Shown: positions 28,950-36,691 of the stretch, in pieces
Numbering within the stretch: the stretch's first letter is position 1
How the letters are laid out: every line of letters starts with the position of its first letter
Program-made: the position numbers and the translations under genes
Source of the DNA: an uncultured Bacilli bacterium
GTDB taxonomy: Bacteria > Bacillota_I > Bacilli_A > RF39 > UBA660
Length of the DNA: 64,000 nt
Assembly (NCBI GenBank): GCA_947598325.1
Contig: CANQFD010000002.1
Location: 154,765 to 218,764 of the forward strand
Direction of reading: 5' to 3'
Notes under the pieces: model-generated
Database searches by the model: none
Told to the model about the DNA's origin: nothing
Seen by the model: only the letters and a program-made list of their open reading frames with translations

Positions 28950-29199
28950 AAAAGAAACTTATCATTTCTTTAATAACTGTAAGTATATTATGATAATTAG
29001 GAACTGGAATAACTAAAAATGAACATGTTAAACCAGGAGCCAAACATATTATTGATGTTGATAAACTCTCTGGAGATATTACTACCAGTAATATTATTGA
29101 AACTAGTATTCCAACTCCAAATAATATTAAATCAAACCAGGTAAATATATTAAATATTAAATTACCATTTTTTGAATTAGCAGGTATTAAATAATTCAC
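28894..29199 (-). CDS. VirB3/PrgI/TcpE-like small membrane protein
   Basis: 101 aa with two TM helices, immediately upstream of the VirB4 genes, as PrgI is to PrgJ. GTG start 11 nt after AGGAG. Confidence 0.5.
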   Translation of the reverse strand: MNYLIPANSKNGNLIFNIFTWFDLILFGVGILVSIILLVVISPESLSTSIICLAPGLTCSFLVIPVPNYHNILTVIKEMISFFYGRRNYKWKGWCYTDEYK

Positions 29200-29220
29200 T
29201 ATATATCACACTCCTTTTTA

Positions 29221-31854
29221 TTAATCATTTAAATTTGAATCTATAATCCTAGAATATACATCACTATATTCACGTTTCAATTCTTCAAGTTCATTTCTTT
29301 CATCAGCTGTTAAGAAATCCTTATCTTGTAATTCTTTTATTCTATCACTTATTCTAGTTAATCTTTCCTGTAGACTAACATTAGAAGCTTTTCTTTGAGG
29401 TTGTTCAATAGGTTCAATTCTTGGTGGTGTTGATGAATCTGTATTTGACGTTTGAGTATTAGAATTACTACGTGGGATATAAATTCCACTATCTGTTTGA
29501 GTTAAATTTGAATCTTGTGCCCATGTAGGTAAATCCTGACTACTTCTTTGATTTACATTATTATAACCACCTTGAGAATATGAATTATTTGCATTTTGAA
29601 TTAAGGATTCATTTGGTCTATTTGTACTTGAATGAGAATTTTGGTTTGAATTTAGATTTTGTCTATTTGTACTTGAAGAATTTTGATTTGAATTTAGATT
29701 TTGTCTATTTGTATCTGGAGAAGGAGTTTGGGTATAATCATTACTTGGACCAACATATTGATTCTTATATCCACTGCTACCCTTTGATGCCATAGAAGCA
29801 TTTTTTTTGTTAATAATATTAGAAGCTTCCATATACCTATCAATTACAGATTTTTCTTTATCACTAGATTGATTATATGAAGCATCATACATCTTCTTTG
29901 CATACTCAACTTGTTGCTCAGCAGCACTCAAATTTTGTTTTATTCCTTTAACACTTATTTTTCCATTTTCTATCAATTTATCGCCTAAACCTGTTGAAGA
30001 TGCAATATTTAATATATTATCTAAATTACCGCTTATACTTCTTGCAGCTGAAGTTGATATTTCCCCATTAGAAACCATTTGATTTAATCTATTTGCAAAT
30101 TCTCTATGAGTAATATTTCCACTGCTAAAATCATCTTCTAAATTTTCTAATTTTTGTTTTAATTGAATAGATTTTGTATTATCTCTTGCATCTAATAATT
30201 TTTCAGATATTTTATCAGCACTTGTTTTCATTTTTTCAGCTGTCATTTTATTTTTATTAGCTACATTTAGTTTTCTTATATTTTCTTTAGTATTACCATT
30301 TAATGTTGAATTACTTAAACTTCTATCAAATCTACTTTGAGTATCTGCCAAATTCTGTATTTCATGATTTTCTGGATCTATTCCCATTTTACTATATAAT
30401 TTATCTGTAGCTTGTTGTTCTTTAATTTCAGCTGCTGATATTTTACTTAATTGAGCCTGTGACGAACTACTAAATGCTTTTGCACCAGAAACAATACCTT
30501 TACCATATGAACCTGCTTTCATGCCGGCACCTATAGTGCTTCCTGCTCTTCCAAGACCAGATTTAATAGCTGACGGAGCATTTCTAACTCCTTTTTCAAG
30601 TGAAGTTTGAGCATTTCTTAACTTTCTTTTTAAATCCTCTTTTGCTGTACCATTTCTCAAAGATTCTATCATATTTGGAATGGATTTTGCACCACCTACT
30701 GCTGCTTTTCCTGCTCCTAAAGCTGCTGCACCTAAAGCACCTCCGCCTAAAGCCAAAGCTGCTCCACCGGCACCTCTCACAGCACCCCAAGCTCTTTGTG
30801 CAAGTCCTCCAACTGCTGCCATACTACCAAGTCTACCTGCAATTCCACCTTTTTGTGAAATACTAACACCAAATATTCTTTCTATTAATTTTGTAGATTC
30901 ATTAACAAACATTAATAAGCCCATAATAATTAATAATTTAGCAAGCCAGTCCCATGAATTCTTAAAATTATCATCAATAAATGATGGAAGTATACTCATA
31001 ATATATATCATAAGAGCTAAAGCTGCGATTCTAATAAATATGCTTACTGCTGTACTTCCAACCTCTTTAAACCACTTTTTAAGAATGTCATCCCCAGCAT
31101 AAATATATGCAATTACTATCATTGGTGAAATCAATTCTAAAAATGTCATTTTTATTAATCTTACAGCCGTATCTATACAAAATAAAACTAAAAAATATAC
31201 AATTAAACCACCAGAAACTATTGCTATTAACCATTCAAATTCAAGAACATATTCTTCATCATCTTCAGAACCATCTGTTTTTTCATTTATACTTTTTCCT
31301 ACTTGTTTTATTTTACTTATATCCTTTTCTACCATTTTTGAATAATTATTTGCTAACGTTTCAGATGACGTTTCAATATTATCAGAAGATGGATATAGTA
31401 CCGCTGATATTGCTGTACCAGCTAATATTTGTCCACCTCCACTTTTTTCTGCTAAATTTTCTCCTTGATTAATTTGTACTCCTACTAAAACTTTTTCAAT
31501 CAAATTATTATCTAAAACCTGTGTTTGAAATTTATAAAAATAATTAAAAAGAAACGGAATAGCAACTATTAAACACATTGATATAACTGATCTTTTAATA
31601 ACAGAAGTAAAACCTTTTTTTGAATCAAAAAGAAGATCTGGATTAATTATTGATTCTATAGCCTTTACTGCAAAGGCAAATAACATTATAACACTAACTA
31701 AAACATAGATGTTTTGTGAAAAACTTTGTACTTCCTCCGTTGTTAATAATCTTGTTGAGGCAAGATCATAAAATAATCCATATAATTTTGGAATCAAAGG
31801 ATATAATACAGAACAAATTGTAATAGCTAATGATCTAAAAAAATTAGTTAACAA
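29221..31854 (-). CDS. VirB6-like polytopic T4SS membrane protein with a Gly/Ala-rich segment and long hydrophilic C-terminal region
   Basis: About 7 predicted TMs in the first ~330 aa. A GGIAGRLGSMAAVGGLAQRAWGAVRGAGGAALALGGGALGAAALGAGKAAVGGAK tract follows, then a coiled-coil and Asn/Ser/Gln-rich tail. TTG start 5 nt after GGGGAGTGA. Position equals that of PrgH/Orf15-type proteins. Confidence 0.6.
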   Translation of the reverse strand: MLTNFFRSLAITICSVLYPLIPKLYGLFYDLASTRLLTTEEVQSFSQNIYVLVSVIMLFAFAVKAIESIINPDLLFDSKKGFTSVIKRSVISMCLIVAIPFLFNYFYKFQTQVLDNNLIEKVLVGVQINQGENLAEKSGGGQILAGTAISAVLYPSSDNIETSSETLANNYSKMVEKDISKIKQVGKSINEKTDGSEDDEEYVLEFEWLIAIVSGGLIVYFLVLFCIDTAVRLIKMTFLELISPMIVIAYIYAGDDILKKWFKEVGSTAVSIFIRIAALALMIYIMSILPSFIDDNFKNSWDWLAKLLIIMGLLMFVNESTKLIERIFGVSISQKGGIAGRLGSMAAVGGLAQRAWGAVRGAGGAALALGGGALGAAALGAGKAAVGGAKSIPNMIESLRNGTAKEDLKRKLRNAQTSLEKGVRNAPSAIKSGLGRAGSTIGAGMKAGSYGKGIVSGAKAFSSSSQAQLSKISAAEIKEQQATDKLYSKMGIDPENHEIQNLADTQSRFDRSLSNSTLNGNTKENIRKLNVANKNKMTAEKMKTSADKISEKLLDARDNTKSIQLKQKLENLEDDFSSGNITHREFANRLNQMVSNGEISTSAARSISGNLDNILNIASSTGLGDKLIENGKISVKGIKQNLSAAEQQVEYAKKMYDASYNQSSDKEKSVIDRYMEASNIINKKNASMASKGSSGYKNQYVGPSNDYTQTPSPDTNRQNLNSNQNSSSTNRQNLNSNQNSHSSTNRPNESLIQNANNSYSQGGYNNVNQRSSQDLPTWAQDSNLTQTDSGIYIPRSNSNTQTSNTDSSTPPRIEPIEQPQRKASNVSLQERLTRISDRIKELQDKDFLTADERNELEELKREYSDVYSRIIDSNLND
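29612..29716 (-). repeat. In-frame tandem repeat (45 + 42 + partial unit) inside the VirB6-like gene
   Basis: The unit gtctatttgtacttgaa(tga)gaattttg(g/a)tttgaatttagatttt occurs ~2.3 times. It encodes TNRQNLNSNQNS(S/H)S repeats. Confidence 0.8.
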
Positions 31855-31859
31855 TTAAA

Positions 31860-33299
31860 TCACTCCCCACTTATTATACATTTCAGTAATGACACATCAC
31901 TCGAACTTTCATCTGTACTAAATGATGAAAGAAAAATGTTAATTAATGTTGGTATAAGAAATAAAAGTATTACTGCTAATAATCTTCTTGGAAATTTTTT
32001 CCAACATTCTTTAATCTTTACTTCATCACCAGCTATTACTGCTTTACTGAAATCAAGAACACCAAACAATATAGTTAAAACTGGTGCAATAATAAGTGCC
32101 AAAATCCATAAATCATGAAGTATTGATACATCTGAACATTTTAACTTATATGGTTTAAATTTTACGCTAATTGTACCAACTTTTCCCTTATTTAATTTAT
32201 ATTTTACTTGTTCCAAAGAATCTTGTAAATCTGACATTGTTTTATTGTATTTTTCTGTGAGCTGTGCATATTCTTCTTTGCCCATAATATTTTCTAAACA
32301 CGCAGTTTTAGCAGTTGTATCTTGAATATTTTCGCAGCTATTAAATGCAGTAATGCATTTGCTATAAGATTCAGAACTAGATTTACAAGCTGATGTTGAA
32401 GTTGAATTTTCATTCATGCATAAAACTTCACATCTGTTGGCATTTAAAGAATTTATATCTTCAACTAAAGATTCTTCTAATTCTTCATTTTCATATAGTT
32501 TGCTTATACTTTTTGACCCTTTTCTTGGTAACTTAGCAAATTCATATATTTCATCATATTTAGTGCCACCAAATCTCTTTGCTATATCTCTTAAATCTGA
32601 ATTTTGTTCAAAAACAGAAACATAATTATTTGCTTGTTTTGAATAATTAGCATAAGTTACTCTAGCTCCCCAGCAATCTTCAGACATATTTTTATCCATT
32701 GCTTCCTTAGAAACATTACCATATCTAGAAGATATATATGATGTAAAATTTTCAACGTTATAATTATCTTTATCAATATATTTTTTATAATCTGAACCGC
32801 AAGCTTGCTTTAATGATTTTTCTACCCTATCAAATGTAGAGTTAATGTTATTTATCGTATTTTTTAAATATATCTTATATGTTTCCTCATATGAATTTTT
32901 CGTTGCTGAATCTACTTTAGAAGAATATAAAGGCATTATTGTTACTGTATCTAATGGTTTACTTTTAAGTTGATCTATAAATTTGCTTTCACTTGATTTT
33001 TTTAAAGTTTTATTTATCACGTAACTAGAAAAATCAACATATTTAGGACACTTATTATCTGCTATTACTTCTTTATTAAAGCCATTATCTTTAAAATTAG
33101 AAGCCTTACCATCTTTAACAACTTTTAGATTATATTCAGATCCCCCACTTGTAGTGCTATATATAACTTCAGTATATTTTGCATTTTCATAAGGATACAA
33201 ATATCTACAAGTTATTTCTTGTGCTGCATATGTATTATTAATATTTATAAAAAATGAAATAAATAATATTATCATTACATAGATACACTTTTTTTTCAT
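31860..33299 (-). CDS. Secreted Cys-rich protein ending in a VirB2/pilin-like two-TM module
   Basis: Signal peptide ...NNTYA-AQE. At least 14 Cys lie in the extracytoplasmic part. The C-terminal ~95 aa (LALIIAPVLTILFGVLDFSKAVIAGDEVKIKECWKKFPRRLLAVILLFLIPTLINIFL) is paralogous to the 119-aa protein encoded upstream. Confidence 0.6.
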   Translation of the reverse strand: MKKKCIYVMIILFISFFININNTYAAQEITCRYLYPYENAKYTEVIYSTTSGGSEYNLKVVKDGKASNFKDNGFNKEVIADNKCPKYVDFSSYVINKTLKKSSESKFIDQLKSKPLDTVTIMPLYSSKVDSATKNSYEETYKIYLKNTINNINSTFDRVEKSLKQACGSDYKKYIDKDNYNVENFTSYISSRYGNVSKEAMDKNMSEDCWGARVTYANYSKQANNYVSVFEQNSDLRDIAKRFGGTKYDEIYEFAKLPRKGSKSISKLYENEELEESLVEDINSLNANRCEVLCMNENSTSTSACKSSSESYSKCITAFNSCENIQDTTAKTACLENIMGKEEYAQLTEKYNKTMSDLQDSLEQVKYKLNKGKVGTISVKFKPYKLKCSDVSILHDLWILALIIAPVLTILFGVLDFSKAVIAGDEVKIKECWKKFPRRLLAVILLFLIPTLINIFLSSFSTDESSSDVSLLKCIISGE

Positions 33300-33383
33300 A
33301 CTAAAACGCCTTTCTTATTCTATATTAATAATACCATAGTTTTTTTAAAAAATATAGATTTTTATATGAATTTACAAAAAAAT

Positions 33384-33404
33384 AAAAGAGTTTAAAACTC
33401 TTTT
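33384..33404 (-). terminator. Intra-operon hairpin after the small pilin-like gene
   Basis: Stem aaaagagtt / aactctttt with a 3-nt loop. On the minus strand it is followed by atttttttg. Confidence 0.45.
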
Positions 33405-33421
33405 TAAAAATACTTGTTTAT

Positions 33422-33781
33422 TTACTTTGTTTTGTCTTCTAATGTTTTAGAATTAATTTTTTCATATTGTTTATCACTATTCCAACAGTCTTTCCATTCT
33501 GAAGCATCACTAACAAATATATTTATAACCCAGTTAACAATAAATGGTATTAAGAAAACAATTACTGCAGAAACTAGTCTCCAAATAAAAGGTTTTTGTC
33601 TTTCTTTTATCTTTTTTTCATCACCAGCGATTACTGCTCTACCCATATCAACTGTACCCCACAAAATTAGAGCAATTGGTATTATCATTTGTAAAAATGT
33701 AATAACTTTCTTTAAAATAGAAGTTATAGTCGCAGCTTCATCAGTACATTTCATAAAATCTAATAAATTTAATAATTCCAT
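33422..33781 (-). CDS. VirB2/TrbC-like (pilin-like) two-TM T4SS protein
   Basis: 119 aa with a perfect RBS (AAGGAGGAattcgaaATG). Two TM helices flank a basic loop DMGRAVIAGDEKKIKERQK. First gene of the operon, as for pilin-like genes in other T4SS loci. Confidence 0.5.
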   Translation of the reverse strand: MELLNLLDFMKCTDEAATITSILKKVITFLQMIIPIALILWGTVDMGRAVIAGDEKKIKERQKPFIWRLVSAVIVFLIPFIVNWVINIFVSDASEWKDCWNSDKQYEKINSKTLEDKTK

Positions 33782-33807
33782 TTCGAATTCCTCCTTAATA
33801 TATTACT

Positions 33808-33836
33808 ATTTTATATTTATTTATAATAATTGTCAA
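33808..33836 (-). promoter_or_regulatory. Near-consensus sigma-A promoter of the T4SS operon
   Basis: The minus strand reads TTGACA-17 nt-TAAAAT, ending ~14 nt before the AAGGAGG RBS. Confidence 0.55.
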
Positions 33837-33886
33837 GAAGATATATTTTAATTTAAATAATTTCATTTAATATTGTAAAATTTAAT

Positions 33887-33915
33887 TTGTATTTTTAATG
33901 TTTATATGATAATAT
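33887..33915 (+). promoter_or_regulatory. Candidate sigma-A promoter for the thioredoxin-like lipoprotein gene
   Basis: TTGTAT-17 nt-TAATAT, ~20 nt upstream of the ATG at 33935. Confidence 0.4.
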
Positions 33916-33934
33916 TTATATGGAGATGATAGTT

Positions 33935-34345
33935 ATGAAATTAATAAAAAAAATTTTTATATTATCCTTATTTGTAATGATCCTTTCAGGATGTGGTAAG
34001 AGTTATATTATTGATTCATCAATTGAAGATATAGTTAAAAAAGTTAATAACAACGAATCTTTTATTTTATATATTGGAAGCAGTAATTGTTCTCATTGTA
34101 AAACATTTAGACCAAAATTAGAAAAAATAGTTAATAATAATAAAATAGAAGTTTATTATGTTGATATATCTAAACTTGATCAAGATGAACTTAGTATTCT
34201 TTCTAGTATTTCTAGTTATTCTGGAACTCCTAATACAGCATTTATAGTAAATGGAGAGGATCCAGGATCCCAGACACATATTGATGGAGATGTAGATGAA
34301 AGTTATATAAAACAAGCTCTAAAAGATAATGGTTATTTAAAATAA
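33935..34345 (+). CDS. Thioredoxin-fold lipoprotein (CxxC)
   Basis: Lipobox MILSGC. The segment ILYIGSSNCSHCKTFRPKLEKI is a thioredoxin-like active-site context. Confidence 0.75.
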   Translation: MKLIKKIFILSLFVMILSGCGKSYIIDSSIEDIVKKVNNNESFILYIGSSNCSHCKTFRPKLEKIVNNNKIEVYYVDISKLDQDELSILSSISSYSGTPNTAFIVNGEDPGSQTHIDGDVDESYIKQALKDNGYLK

Positions 34346-34352
34346 CCATTTT

Positions 34353-34859
34353 TTATTTTATTAAATAATCCTCACCCTTATGAGGTTCTTTAGTTAATAA
34401 ATCATTAAAATTTTGCTGTCTTAATACTTCATATATTACAATTGCAGCAGAATTAGCTAAATTTAATGCTCTTACTTTATCAGTCATTGGAATTCTCATA
34501 CAACTATCTAAATTATCTTTTAGTATTTCTTTTGGAATTCCTGTACTTTCTTTTCCAAATATTAAATATATATTTTCTTCTTTATTTGTATAATCGAATG
34601 ATGTATGTGGTTTTTTTCCATATCTTGTAAAAAAATAATATTTTCCCTTGTTTTTAGATTTAAAATCTGCATAACTATCATATACCTCATAATTTAAATT
34701 TTCCATATAATTAGTTGCACTTCTCTTTACATATTTATCATCAAGTGAAAAGCCAAGTGGTTTTATTAAATGTAATTTTGTATTAGTTGCAACGCAAGTT
34801 CTCATTATATTACCTGTATTACCTGGTATTTCTGGTTCAAATAGTACTATATTATTCAT
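34353..34859 (-). CDS. trmL: tRNA (cytidine/uridine-2'-O)-methyltransferase TrmL (SpoU family)
   Basis: Contains IVLFEPEIPGNTGNIMRTC and the C-terminal SPOUT knot IPM...RALNLANSAAIVIYE. Start moved to the ATG at 34859. Confidence 0.85.
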   Translation of the reverse strand: MNNIVLFEPEIPGNTGNIMRTCVATNTKLHLIKPLGFSLDDKYVKRSATNYMENLNYEVYDSYADFKSKNKGKYYFFTRYGKKPHTSFDYTNKEENIYLIFGKESTGIPKEILKDNLDSCMRIPMTDKVRALNLANSAAIVIYEVLRQQNFNDLLTKEPHKGEDYLIK

Positions 34860-34934
34860 ATCAATCACCTCTTTTTATTATATATGAATATTTAGGTTTT
34901 GAAAAGAATATATTTTAATGAAAGGATGAATAAT

Positions 34935-35288
34935 ATGAACAATGGTTATTATCAAAACACTAATATTCCAACATCATCTGGATATCCAAATCAACAATAT
35001 GCCCCAACAGTAGGTATGACTGAATTCCCTATGGAACAGTCTTATGTTGAAAATATATTAAGACTTAACAAAGGAAAGTATGGTAAATTTTATGTTTCAT
35101 TTCCAGATTCAAATGAATGGAAGGATAAAATATTCACTGGAGTAATAGAACAGGCAGGAAGAGATCATCTGATAATTAGTGATCCTTCAACAGGTAAATG
35201 GTATCTAATTTTAATGATATATTTAAATTATGTTGAATTTGAAGAAAAGGTAAATTATAGTCCTGATTTTTCTTTAAAAGGATTGTAA
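34935..35288 (+). CDS. gerQ: Spore coat protein GerQ
   Basis: The block SYVENILRLNKGKYGKFYVSFPDSNEWKDKIFTGVIEQAGRDHLIISDPSTGKWYLILMIYLNYVEF closely follows the GerQ (YwdL) core. The start could also be 34926. Confidence 0.75.
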   Translation: MNNGYYQNTNIPTSSGYPNQQYAPTVGMTEFPMEQSYVENILRLNKGKYGKFYVSFPDSNEWKDKIFTGVIEQAGRDHLIISDPSTGKWYLILMIYLNYVEFEEKVNYSPDFSLKGL

Positions 35289-35334
35289 GATCCTTTTTTA
35301 TTTGCTATAATTTTTATATTAGAGGTGGTATATA

Positions 35335-35880
35335 ATGAATGTTTCCATTATTATATTAATATTAATTATTATATTTTTTACTATTTTTATATTGTATAGT
35401 ATTACATACAATAAATTTCAATATTATATTATTAAAATAAATGAAGTAGAAGGAAAAATAGACGAAACATTAAGAGCAAAATATGATAGTATTATAGAAG
35501 TAAATAATATTATAAAAGAATGTATAAAAACAAAAAAAGAAATAGTAGATGATATTTCTAAATTAAAAAAAGAAGAAATTAGTAGTTTTGAACTTGATAG
35601 AGTATTATCCTCTGCGCTTAGTAAAATAAATTTCATAAAAAATCAATATGATGAACTAAAGAAAAATGAAAGACTAGGAAAACTTATATATGAAATAGAA
35701 GATATGAATGAATCTTTACAAGCATATAAAAAGTTTTATAATGAAACAATAGTTTTATATAATAAACTAATAAGAATATTTCCATATAATGTATTAGGTA
35801 TTATACTAAAATATAAAGAAAAGACTTTCTTTGATGGAAAAGATATGAATGATGATAATATAAAGGATTTTAAATTATAA
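35335..35880 (+). CDS. LemA family protein
   Basis: N-terminal TM, YNKF...ID..LRAKYD, and the C-terminal block YKKFYNETIVLYNKLIRIFPYNVLG typical of LemA. Confidence 0.65.
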   Translation: MNVSIIILILIIIFFTIFILYSITYNKFQYYIIKINEVEGKIDETLRAKYDSIIEVNNIIKECIKTKKEIVDDISKLKKEEISSFELDRVLSSALSKINFIKNQYDELKKNERLGKLIYEIEDMNESLQAYKKFYNETIVLYNKLIRIFPYNVLGIILKYKEKTFFDGKDMNDDNIKDFKL

Positions 35881-35907
35881 AAATTAAAATACATAAAAAA
35901 ATAAATT

Positions 35908-36558
35908 TTACCAATTTATTTTTTTTATGTTATTTTTTTCTAAAAAAGCATTTGTTTTTGAAAAAGGTTTGCTACCAAAAAAACCATTATTTGCAGAAAA
36001 TGGGGATGGGTGAGCTGATTCAATTATTAAATGTTTTGGATTAGTTATATATTTTTTCTTTTCTCTAGCATTATTTCCCCATAAAATAAATACAACTGGT
36101 CTTTCTTTCTCATTTAATTTTTTTATAACTGTATCAGTAAATTCATGCCACCCTATATCTTTATGTGAATTAGGTTTATCTTTTTCAACAGTTAAACCAG
36201 TATTTAGAAGCATTACACCTTGTTTTACCCAATCAAATAAATTTCCATTATTATAATCTTTTTTAATTCCTAGATCATTATATAATTCTTTATAAATATT
36301 TTTAAGTGATGGAGGTAGTTTTGTATTTAATGTTGAAAATGCAAAACCATGTGCTTCTCCTTCACCATGATATGGATCTTGTCCAAGTATTACTACTTTT
36401 ACATCTTTATATGATAGTCTAAATGCATTAAATACATCTTTTTTAGGAGGATATATTATTTTTTCTTTATATAAATTACTAACATTATTTAATAAATTCT
36501 TAAAATATTCTTTATTAAGTTCTTCATTTAGAACTATATCCCAATCATTATAAAACAT
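35908..36558 (-). CDS. ung: Uracil-DNA glycosylase
   Basis: Contains VVILGQDPYHGEGEAHGFAFS and HPSPFSA. Start moved to the ATG at 36558 (AAGGTGA upstream). Confidence 0.9.
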   Translation of the reverse strand: MFYNDWDIVLNEELNKEYFKNLLNNVSNLYKEKIIYPPKKDVFNAFRLSYKDVKVVILGQDPYHGEGEAHGFAFSTLNTKLPPSLKNIYKELYNDLGIKKDYNNGNLFDWVKQGVMLLNTGLTVEKDKPNSHKDIGWHEFTDTVIKKLNEKERPVVFILWGNNAREKKKYITNPKHLIIESAHPSPFSANNGFFGSKPFSKTNAFLEKNNIKKINW

Positions 36559-36636
36559 ATTATTCACCTTTAATCATTATATATTATTTATTATTTTTAA
36601 GCAACCTAGTAAAGTTTATATTAAGATTAAATTATT

Positions 36637-36669
36637 AAAAAAATATACCATATAATTGGTATATTTTTT
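36637..36669 (-). terminator. Terminator after rlmH
   Basis: Sequence aaaaaaatatacca-tataat-tggtatatttttt, with an A-tract and a T-tract. Confidence 0.55.
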
Positions 36670-36691
36670 CCTAATTTAACAATGAAAATAC

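Larger units (their letters stand above)
21124..33836 (-). mobile_element. Conjugation-type (pCF10/pIP501-like) type IV secretion gene cluster; ICE remnant or domesticated system
   Basis: Eight co-directional genes with tiny gaps or overlaps (listed below), bounded by a consensus promoter (33808..33836) and a terminator (21085..21125). No relaxase or recombinase was recognised. Confidence 0.55.

Noticed and set aside
33414-33851. 145-aa plus-strand ORF over the pilin-like gene (also 31936..32118)
   Set aside because: They are antisense to the pilin-like module. The minus-strand ORF has a perfect RBS, a consensus promoter and a paralog, whereas the plus-strand ORFs have none.
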